From Gammaproteobacteria bacterium (GTDB lineage: Bacteria; Pseudomonadota; Gammaproteobacteria; VBWC01), in contig JAHFRU010000006.1 in assembly GCA_023266115.1 (NCBI GenBank), forward strand, positions 67,496 to 131,495: DNA of 64,000 nt. The letters run 5' to 3'. Made by a program: the position numbers and the translations under genes. The notes beneath the pieces are model-generated. The model ran no database searches and was not told where the DNA came from. It worked only from the letters and a program-made list of their open reading frames with translations. Every line of letters starts with the position of its first letter. Position 1 is the stretch's first letter. Shown one piece after another: positions 30,990-38,340 of this stretch.

Positions 30990-31998
30990 TGCCCTCCCTC
31001 GAGCCTTGGGCGGCGCTCCGGCGGCGGGTTGTTTCCCAGTTCTGCCGCTGGACTTTCAGGTAGACGAGATTCTTGGCTTCGAACCGGACGGTGCGGGGCA
31101 GCACGTGCTTGTTCATATCCGCAAGCAGAATTGTAATACCGAGTGGGTGGCCCGACGCCTGGAAAAAATCGCCGGCGTGCGTCAGTCAGACATCGGTTAT
31201 GCCGGTCTGAAGGATCGGCACGCCGTCACGTCGCAATGGTTCAGTGTCGATCTGGCGGGCCGGCCTGAACCGGACTGGACGCAAATCGAGTCGGAGGATA
31301 TCCATGTGCTGCGCGTTGCCTGTCACGGGCGAAAACTGCGGCGGGGCACTCTGAGTGGCAACCGATTTGTCATGCGTGTCCGGGAGATTCGCGGAAATCA
31401 CACTGATATCGTTGCACGGCTGGAGCAGGTAAAAATCCGGGGCGTGCCGAACTATTTCGGCAAGCAGCGGTTTGGTTCAGACAACGTTGGCCGTGCGGAA
31501 GCGATGTTCACCGGAAAACAAAAGGTGCGCGACCGCCATTTGCGCGGTCTTTATTTATCGGCAGCACGCGCTTTTCTGTTCAACAAGATACTGTCAAGAC
31601 GTGTCGTCGACGGCACATGGGACCAGCCGATCGATGGGGATGCGATGTCATTGGATGGCAGCAACAGTTATTTTGTTGTCGATAACATCGACGAGGCAAC
31701 CGTCGGGCGTGCGGCCGCCCGTGATATCCACCCGACCGGACCGCTGTGGGGCCGCGGCGACATCGCCACGCGCCTGACGGCGCGCGAACTGGAACTGGCC
31801 ACGCTGGATGGTGACGGTATCTGGCGGGACGGGCTGGAGAAATTTGGCTGTATACAGCAGCGGCGTGCGCTGCGGACAACGGCGAGTGGTCTCGACTGGA
31901 AACTATACGACGACGCGCTAGAAGTTTCTTTTCAGCTGCCAGCAGGTAGTTACGCGACAGTATTGTTGCGAGAAATTATTAACGGCTCGGCCGCGTAA
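30979..31998 (+). CDS. truD: tRNA pseudouridine(13) synthase TruD
   Basis: The ORF-track start at 30811 lies inside ispF. The ATG at 30979 overlaps the ispF stop and gives a 339-aa protein with ...[15 protein letters not shown]... and ...[11 protein letters not shown]..., which are TruD motifs. Confidence 0.88.
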   Translation: MNIDALPRALGGAPAAGCFPVLPLDFQVDEILGFEPDGAGQHVLVHIRKQNCNTEWVARRLEKIAGVRQSDIGYAGLKDRHAVTSQWFSVDLAGRPEPDWTQIESEDIHVLRVACHGRKLRRGTLSGNRFVMRVREIRGNHTDIVARLEQVKIRGVPNYFGKQRFGSDNVGRAEAMFTGKQKVRDRHLRGLYLSAARAFLFNKILSRRVVDGTWDQPIDGDAMSLDGSNSYFVVDNIDEATVGRAAARDIHPTGPLWGRGDIATRLTARELELATLDGDGIWRDGLEKFGCIQQRRALRTTASGLDWKLYDDALEVSFQLPAGSYATVLLREIINGSAA

Positions 31999-32025
31999 CC
32001 TGTGGCCCCGGTCTGCGACCGCGCG

Positions 32026-32057
32026 CTTCCCGGTTCCGAGGATCAGAAGCCGGGAAG
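32026..32057. terminator. Hairpin (CTTCCCGG...CCGGGAAG) between the convergent truD and DUF2892 genes; candidate bidirectional terminator
   Basis: An inverted repeat is seen in the sequence. There is no clear U-tract, so it would not be a canonical intrinsic terminator. Confidence 0.3.
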
Positions 32058-32108
32058 TGCTCCTTGCGGCCGGCGACGGTCAGTACGCCGTGTCCGGGGC
32101 GGAACGTT

Positions 32109-32510
32109 CTAGACGTAGTTGCCGCCCAGGTCCACCCCGTGTACGCGTTCACGTTCGTCGCGGCCATGGACCTCGTAACCCTTGTCGTGGTCCGGGTGAT
32201 GGCCTAACGCAGCATCGACCTGATAGCTGACAGTGCCACAGCGGTTTCGATCAGACGTGCCGCAGGATCTGGCGTGAAACAGCGCATAGAACGGATCCCA
32301 GCCCAGCATTGCGGTCAGCAGCGGGTAGAACGACGCTAATGCTGCGTAGCTTTCCCACGTCAACGATTTGGCAAGCTCGGGATGGGTCATCGAGATCTGT
32401 ATCTGGACGACCATGCCGGCGACCAAGGCCAGCCCGATCAGCACGCGGATAATCCTGTCCACGACACTGATATTTTCTACTACGCCAATTACCTCTCTGA
32501 CGCGTTTCAT
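32109..32510 (-). CDS. DUF2892 (YgaP-like) inner-membrane protein with a His/acid-rich C-terminal extension
   Basis: A strong RBS (AGGAGG plus 7 nt) precedes it. The N-terminus VDRIIRVLIGLALVAG...GWDPFYALF resembles the DUF2892 signature. The ~55-aa tail ...HHPDHDKGYEVHGRDERERVHG is unusual for the family. Confidence 0.5.
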   Translation of the reverse strand: MKRVREVIGVVENISVVDRIIRVLIGLALVAGMVVQIQISMTHPELAKSLTWESYAALASFYPLLTAMLGWDPFYALFHARSCGTSDRNRCGTVSYQVDAALGHHPDHDKGYEVHGRDERERVHGVDLGGNYV

Positions 32511-32610
32511 GATGTATCACCTCCTGTGTACGATGCCCGATATTAAGCGGGCTATAACTGATTGGACAGCCGCCAGCCAGACAGTTCTGTGACTATGTTG
32601 CGCAACGCCG

Positions 32611-33279
32611 TCACGTCGCGATGTTCCGCAGAGAGGCCGCGTTCGTAATCTCAATCCACCCGCGATGCAGCTTTACCCAGCCGTAATGCTCGAATTCCTT
32701 CAATAATCGGCTGACTACTTCTCTCGCGGTACCGAGTTCGTTAGCCAGTTCCTGGTGAGTAAGGTGAATGGGGTTCTGCTGGGACATTTTTGTCAGCAGA
32801 AATTCGCCGAGGCGCTCATGCGTCGGCACGAACGCGACGGCTTCTATCACCGAAATCAGTTCGGTCACCTGGCTGTTGATGGAGCGGTAGACGAATTGCC
32901 TGAGTTGTGGTGACTGGTCCAGCGCGTCAAGAAACGGCCGTTTCGGAATCCTGACCAGTGTCAGCGCCATTTCCGCGATCGCGCTGGCCGTCAAACGGGT
33001 GCCACTGAGCAGGGCGCAGGCGGTCAGTGCGCAGGTTTGACCGGGTTCGACATGATAAAGCACAATTTCATGGCCGCCGCCGGTCGCCTTCTGCACCTTG
33101 ATGGAACCTTCGAGCACCAAAGTGTAATGGTTGCACGCGTCGCCTTCACAGAATACGGAGGTTCGCGCCGGTATGCGCGCCAGCCTCGCCGTCGCCGCCA
33201 TGATGTCCCACACAGGCTCATCGACCGCCCGTAACGCCGGATAGAGGTCAAACCATCCATTTGGCACGATTTCTGGCAT
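32611..33279 (-). CDS. Crp/Fnr-family transcriptional regulator (cNMP-binding fold plus C-terminal HTH), with four Cys in the effector domain
   Basis: A beta-roll domain is followed by the HTH THQELANELGTAREVVSRLLKEFEHYGWV. Cys pairs FCEGDAC and CALTAC occur in the sensor domain. The likely start is Met-11 (MPEIV...) rather than the ORF-track 33309. Confidence 0.8.
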   Translation of the reverse strand: MPEIVPNGWFDLYPALRAVDEPVWDIMAATARLARIPARTSVFCEGDACNHYTLVLEGSIKVQKATGGGHEIVLYHVEPGQTCALTACALLSGTRLTASAIAEMALTLVRIPKRPFLDALDQSPQLRQFVYRSINSQVTELISVIEAVAFVPTHERLGEFLLTKMSQQNPIHLTHQELANELGTAREVVSRLLKEFEHYGWVKLHRGWIEITNAASLRNIAT

Positions 33280-33423
33280 GGCGCGCTCGCGTACCCGGCG
33301 CTTGCACAATGCGATAGGCGCCGGCTGTCCTCGGCAAATGATAAATCTATAGACAGCAACATGCGTCGTTAAATCCCGTGTGGAATGTATTTCGCAGCGA
33401 TGATGGGTCCGCGCAAGCGGTCA

Positions 33424-34539
33424 CTAGGCCGGCTGATCCCGCCGCAATTTCTTGCGTGCTTCGTAAGCGCCGCGGGCGATACGGACATCTTCGAGGAAGT
33501 AGGGCAACTCCGCGAGCAACAATGCCTGCGGACCATCGACAAGCGCCTGCCTCGGCGCCGGATGAAAGTCGACCAGTATCATGTTGGCGCCGGCCACGAC
33601 TGCCTGCGCGGTGACATGAAAGAGGTCAAGTATGCCATCCGGATCCCGATCGCGGTTGCCGACCGAATGGGACGGGTCGATGCAGACCGGCATGCGCGTC
33701 AGGCGCTTGATTGCCGGAACCAGTGCGAAATCGACGAAATTGCGGTGCGGGTCATCATGATGGGTTTTCATGCCGCGCAGGCCGAATATCACCTTGCGGT
33801 TACCTTCGCTCGCCAGATACTCCGACGCGTTCAACGATTCATGCAGAGTGATGCCGAAGCCGCGTTTCAACAGCACCGGGAATTCATTTTGCCGACCCAC
33901 TGCCTTTAGCAGCTCGAAGTTCTGGGTGTTGCGCGTTCCGATCTGCAGCATCACTCCGGTCGGGCTGCCGGTGGTATCGAGCGCGTTCCGAATTTCGTCG
34001 ACGTGCGATTCGTGCGTGACCTCCATTGCGATGACCTTGATGCCGTATTTTCCGGCGAGCTCGAACGTGTAAGGCAGGCACGCCTTGCCGTGTCCCTGGA
34101 ACGCGTAGGGGCTGGAACGCGGCTTGTAAGCGCCCATGCGCGTACACACCTGGCTGTTGTCGCGCAACGCCCGCAACATCATCTCGACGTGTTCCGGATT
34201 GTCTACAGCGCATAGCCCGGCGAACACGTTCAGATTGTCCTGGCTGAAAAGAACACCGTTGTATTCGAAGTGCGTCGAGCGTTTGTCGTCCTTGTGGCGC
34301 CCGAGCACGCGGTATTCCCGTGAAATCCGCACGACGCGCTCGACACCCGGCAGCGCCTGCATGTCATCGGTCACCAATGCGCCGGTGTCGCCGACGAGGT
34401 AGATCTCTGTGAGCACCTGCTGTGTGCCGTGTTCTTCATGGGTGCGTATCTGAATGGCCGGCAGCTTGGACAAGTAGTCGATCAACGAAAGGTATTTGGG
34501 TCCTTGCTTGTCAATGTCGGATTCGAGGATCAGTATCAT
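33424..34539 (-). CDS. 3-deoxy-7-phosphoheptulonate (DAHP) synthase, type I-beta, with an N-terminal ferredoxin-like/ACT-like regulatory domain
   Basis: The catalytic signature GAYKPRSSPYAFQG and the metal-site residues (...CIDPSHS...) of the DAHPS/KDO8PS I-beta family are present. The ~90-aa N-terminal extension resembles the regulatory domain of Thermotoga-type DAHPS. Confidence 0.8.
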   Translation of the reverse strand: MILILESDIDKQGPKYLSLIDYLSKLPAIQIRTHEEHGTQQVLTEIYLVGDTGALVTDDMQALPGVERVVRISREYRVLGRHKDDKRSTHFEYNGVLFSQDNLNVFAGLCAVDNPEHVEMMLRALRDNSQVCTRMGAYKPRSSPYAFQGHGKACLPYTFELAGKYGIKVIAMEVTHESHVDEIRNALDTTGSPTGVMLQIGTRNTQNFELLKAVGRQNEFPVLLKRGFGITLHESLNASEYLASEGNRKVIFGLRGMKTHHDDPHRNFVDFALVPAIKRLTRMPVCIDPSHSVGNRDRDPDGILDLFHVTAQAVVAGANMILVDFHPAPRQALVDGPQALLLAELPYFLEDVRIARGAYEARKKLRRDQPA

Positions 34540-34607
34540 AAGGCTGGGTGACTCGCTGTTAGTCGATTGCCAATAGTTTGTCCGTTAATTCTTGTCATTC
34601 CGGCCGT

Positions 34608-35507
34608 TCATTGCCGGGCGTCGAGATACCGGCGTTCCAGATCATGGTACGCGTCGATGCGCCGGTCGCGCAGGTAGGGCCAGACGCGGCGTACCTGTTC
34701 GCAGCGATCGAAATCGACTTCCGCGTTGATCACCGCCGGCTGATCCGCAGTGGCCGTCACGATCGTTTCCCCCTGCGGTCCCGAGACGAAGCTCGATCCC
34801 CAGAAATCGATACCGGCGGACTGCCCGGACGGATCGTCTTCGTGGCCGGTACGATTGCAGACAATCACCGGACTCCCGTTGGCGATTGCGTGGGCGCGCT
34901 GCACGGTGATCCACGCATCGCGCTGACGCTGACGTTCCGCCAGTTCATCGTCGGGATTCCAGCCGATCGCCGTCGGATAGATCAGCAGGTCAGCTCCCGC
35001 CAGCGTCATCAATCGCGCCGCTTCGGGAAACCACTGGTCCCAGCAGATCAGCACACCCAGGCGTCCGACGGTTGTGTTGATCGGGGTAAAGCCGAGATCG
35101 CCGGGGGCAAAGTAATATTTCTCGTAGTAGCCGGGGTCGTCCGGGATATGCATCTTGCGGTAAATGCCGGCGAGCGAGCCGTCACTGTCGATGACGGCTG
35201 CAGTATTATGATAAACACCGCGCGCACGGCGTTCGAACAGTGAGCCGACGATAACCGTTCCGAGTTCCTCCGCCAGCTGCGACAGCCGCTGCGTGGTCGG
35301 ACCGGGAATGGTTTCCGCCAGGTCGAAATTGGCATCATTCTCCGTCTGGCAAAAATACCGGGTGTTGTGCAGTTCCGGCAGGATCACGAGTCGAGCACCG
35401 TTGCCGGCAGCCTCGCGTATGCCGGCAACGCAGTTGTTGAGATTGGTCGCGGTATCGGCCGAGCACTCGTGCTGTACCAGTCCGACTGTCAATTTCCCGG
35501 TTACCAT
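34608..35507 (-). CDS. aguB: N-carbamoylputrescine amidohydrolase (nitrilase-superfamily C-N hydrolase)
   Basis: The motifs VGLVQ...LVILPEL, YRKMHIPDDPGYYEKYYFAPGD and the catalytic Cys context GVLICWDQWFPE align closely to characterised AguB/CPA. Confidence 0.88.
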   Translation of the reverse strand: MVTGKLTVGLVQHECSADTATNLNNCVAGIREAAGNGARLVILPELHNTRYFCQTENDANFDLAETIPGPTTQRLSQLAEELGTVIVGSLFERRARGVYHNTAAVIDSDGSLAGIYRKMHIPDDPGYYEKYYFAPGDLGFTPINTTVGRLGVLICWDQWFPEAARLMTLAGADLLIYPTAIGWNPDDELAERQRQRDAWITVQRAHAIANGSPVIVCNRTGHEDDPSGQSAGIDFWGSSFVSGPQGETIVTATADQPAVINAEVDFDRCEQVRRVWPYLRDRRIDAYHDLERRYLDARQ

Positions 35508-35588
35508 GGTTTCGGTGTTCCTGAATTTTCGGGGGCGCGGCCTTATTGTAAAACATCCGCGCCGGATTGCAGTGGTAAAGCGTGGTGC

Positions 35589-36623
35589 TCAGCGATCGGC
35601 CGGGAGCTGCATGGTGACACAGTGCAGGCTGCCGCCCTGGGTAATCAGCGGCAACGACGGTACTCCGACAATCTCGCGCTTGGGAAAGCAGTCGCGCAAG
35701 CGTTGCAGCGCCACGACGTCTGCCGGATCATCGTAGGTGGGTACGAGAACCGCGCCATTGATGATCAGGAAGTTCGCGTAGCCGGCTGGCAGCCGACGTC
35801 CGTCCTCGCCATATTTCGGCTGTGGCCACGGCAGCGGCACGAGACGGTAGGGTGCCCCGGTCCAGGAGTGGAATGCATGTAGCTCCTTCTGCATCCGTGC
35901 CAGCGGCCCGTAATGTTCGTCAGCGGGGTCATCGCAGGTGACATAGGCGATTGTGTCGGGATCGCAGAATCTTGCCAGGATATCGATGTGGCTATCCGTG
36001 TCGTCGCCGGCAAGATGCCCCTCGGTCAGCCACAGCACGCGTTTGATACCGAGGGTTTCGTGCAGCTTCGCTTCTATCGCCGCGCGGTCGCATGAGGGGT
36101 TGCGCGACGGCGCCAGCAGACAGCTTGCAGTTGTCAGCAACGTTCCGTGCCCGTCGACATCGATGCTGCCGCCTTCGAGTACGAAATCGATATGGCGCAA
36201 GGTGGTGTCGGCGAATGCCCCCTGCGCGTGGATGCTTGTGGTAACGTCATTGTCCAGTGTGGCGGAAAATTTCCCGCCCCAACCGTTGAACACGAAATCC
36301 ATCAACACCTTGCCATCGGCGCCGAAGACGGTGATCGGTCCATGGTCACGTACCCAGCAGTCGTTGGACGGTGCGATGAACGTGGACAGACGTGTTGAGT
36401 CGAGTCCTCGGGACGTTAGCAGATGAGTGACGTGCCGCCGATGGTTAACGTCGTGGCAGACGACGATCAGGTTTTCGAAACGGGCAATATGTGCGGCGAG
36501 ATCGACAAAGACCCGTTCGGCGCCCGGCAAATTGCTGCCCCAGTCGGAGCGGTCATGCGGCCAGGTGAGCAATACACCGCGTTGTGGCGCCCATTCGGGC
36601 GGCAGGAAATAGGTATTACGCAT
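35589..36623 (-). CDS. aguA: Agmatine deiminase
   Basis: The 344-aa protein from Met-23 of the track ORF begins MRNTYFLPPEWAPQ. The C-terminal motif GGSLHCVTMQ holds the catalytic Cys of the agmatine/peptidylarginine deiminase family. It is adjacent to aguB. Confidence 0.88.
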   Translation of the reverse strand: MRNTYFLPPEWAPQRGVLLTWPHDRSDWGSNLPGAERVFVDLAAHIARFENLIVVCHDVNHRRHVTHLLTSRGLDSTRLSTFIAPSNDCWVRDHGPITVFGADGKVLMDFVFNGWGGKFSATLDNDVTTSIHAQGAFADTTLRHIDFVLEGGSIDVDGHGTLLTTASCLLAPSRNPSCDRAAIEAKLHETLGIKRVLWLTEGHLAGDDTDSHIDILARFCDPDTIAYVTCDDPADEHYGPLARMQKELHAFHSWTGAPYRLVPLPWPQPKYGEDGRRLPAGYANFLIINGAVLVPTYDDPADVVALQRLRDCFPKREIVGVPSLPLITQGGSLHCVTMQLPADR

Positions 36624-36763
36624 AAGCAATCCGTGAGTTGTAGTGAGATAGACAAGAATCGGCAGACGATGGCAATCCGCGATGCGCACCGTCAGGCGCC
36701 GCTTCAGGGTGTGGCGGGTGCGATCACTGTATGAATCACATACTGGCCCTCTAAGTATACGGT

Positions 36764-36776
36764 ATATTCCGCGTAT
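36764..36776. promoter_or_regulatory. 13-bp perfect palindrome AG-TATAC-G-GTATA ~140 bp upstream of aguA; second copy of the AGTATACGGTAT 12-mer also found upstream of dapD
   Basis: Seen in the sequence. It is an AT-rich dyad inside a GC-rich 490-bp intergenic region. Confidence 0.25.
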
Positions 36777-37109
36777 CCCCAGCGAGTGATCGGCGGGTCG
36801 CCTGCCGGTGCAAGCTTTCGCAGCGGTGTGCCGAAACGGCTTTCCACATCCTGCATAGACATGCCGCGGTTCGGTTACCCGGTGACTGAGCGTGCGTCGC
36901 CTGGACTTCCGTTGTCAGCGATGGCGCTGACTCCTCCAGGCGACAGCATGGCGGTGACTAGGGCGCAAATCAGTGTTTTTTTCACTACAGTTTTCCTGAT
37001 AGCGGGCCCGATGTCCGAGGCAAGGTGGGGAAGAGAATACCGTGCTGCGAAACCCCGCGTAAAGACAGCGCCGTCAGAGGATGCCCGCCGCCACCGGTCG
37101 TGGGACGGA

Positions 37110-38054
37110 TCAGGCGGCGGGGGCTGCTTCGTAGGCAATGACGCAGTTGCGGCCGGCCGATTTCGCCTGGTACATGGCGACATCTGCCTTGTCGAACAGC
37201 GATTCCCGTGTGTCGGCGGCATCGGCGGTGGCAAGTCCGATGCTGACGGTGAGCGGGATGTGCCGGTTATTGGCCGTGATGGTCCTGGATTCAATTGCTT
37301 TTCGGACGCGCTCGGCAAGCAATGTCGCGCCCCTAAGTCCGGTATTGCTCAATATGATCGTAAATTCTTCGCCACCGTAGCGGAACAGGATATCGGAGCT
37401 GCGCATACATTCGGCAATGATATCGGTCACGGCCTTAAGTACATGGTCGCCGGCCAGATGCCCGTGCGTATCGTTGATCTGCTTGAATCTGTCGATATCC
37501 AGCGTGATCAACGTCAGCGGGGTCTTGTGACGCCGCGCCAGCTCAAGCTCGCGTGCCAGTGTAATGTCCATCGCGGCACGATTATTAATGCCGGTTAGCG
37601 GGTCTTTTAGAGCGGCCTGCTGAGCGTTGCGGAATAGCAATGAGTTTCGTAATGGATAAACCAGGCTGCACAGCAGCTTCTCGAGAAGCGCGGTTTCCTG
37701 CGGCGAAAATTTTTTGCTGCGGGTCAGTTTGATCTGGCCCAGTGATTGCCCGCAGACCACCAATTGATAGCTGCACGAATTCCGTGCTTTGTCGCCGACT
37801 TCGACGGTGATCTGCTGTTCCAGATAGTGATAGTGGATGCTGTGATGAGGCAGTATAGATTTGATTTCAATGGAAAATGTCTCGATTACCTTATTGACGT
37901 CCAGCGATGTCTGCAGCGCTCCCGTAATATGCAGCAGCCGATTCAGGTATTGTTTGCCAGGACCGGAATCGTCTAGCTGCGGTGACGCCGGCACCTCCAG
38001 GTTTCGCAACCCGGCGTCGTCTAGCACCGTTTTTGATTGTGTTACGCCTGACAC
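37110..38054 (-). CDS. GGDEF-domain diguanylate cyclase with an N-terminal GAF-like sensor region
   Basis: The active-site motif RYGGEEF, DIDRFKQINDTHGH and the I-site-like RESLFD are present. The ORF track extends to 38228, but those first 58 codons are extremely basic and low complexity and lie in AT-rich promoter-like DNA. The GTG at ~38054 is preceded by GGGAGAG plus 9 nt and is the more plausible start. Confidence 0.8.
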   Translation of the reverse strand: MSGVTQSKTVLDDAGLRNLEVPASPQLDDSGPGKQYLNRLLHITGALQTSLDVNKVIETFSIEIKSILPHHSIHYHYLEQQITVEVGDKARNSCSYQLVVCGQSLGQIKLTRSKKFSPQETALLEKLLCSLVYPLRNSLLFRNAQQAALKDPLTGINNRAAMDITLARELELARRHKTPLTLITLDIDRFKQINDTHGHLAGDHVLKAVTDIIAECMRSSDILFRYGGEEFTIILSNTGLRGATLLAERVRKAIESRTITANNRHIPLTVSIGLATADAADTRESLFDKADVAMYQAKSAGRNCVIAYEAAPAA

Positions 38055-38340
38055 GAGAAATATCTCTCCCAGTTGCCCTCGATGACGCCGTGGTAGACAT
38101 GCTATTTCTGTGCCATGGGTCGGGCGACGCGGATATTTGGGAATTAGATTCAGTTGGTTAGCGGTTTTTGTTATAATTCGTAAGCATTTCCGACAGCGCT
38201 TGCCAATAATCTGGCGGAAAAGTGGCATTTTATCTCCGCAACGGCGGTAATATTGCGCGAGAGTGAAGGCCGAATCTGAATGATAATTCTTTTATGACAT
38301 CTATTTTTACAATCGGGCGGCAGACGGAGTGCCGGTAGTC

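Noticed and set aside
35520-35560. A GGCGCGG...CCGCGCC hairpin between aguB and aguA.
   Set aside because: It sits inside a probable operon with no U-tract. It may be a weak attenuator, but there is no support.
36730-36755. A LexA/SOS-box-like sequence CACTGTATGAATCACATACTGG upstream of aguA.
   Set aside because: Arm spacing does not fit CTGT-N8-ACAG, and the right arm reads ATACTG rather than ATACAG.
36786-37598. A 270-aa plus-strand ORF beginning in the aguA-cyclase intergenic region with a signal-peptide-like N-terminus.
   Set aside because: Most of it runs antisense through the GGDEF domain coding sequence. Only the first ~30 codons are intergenic, so it is retained merely as a remote small-ORF possibility in the findings.
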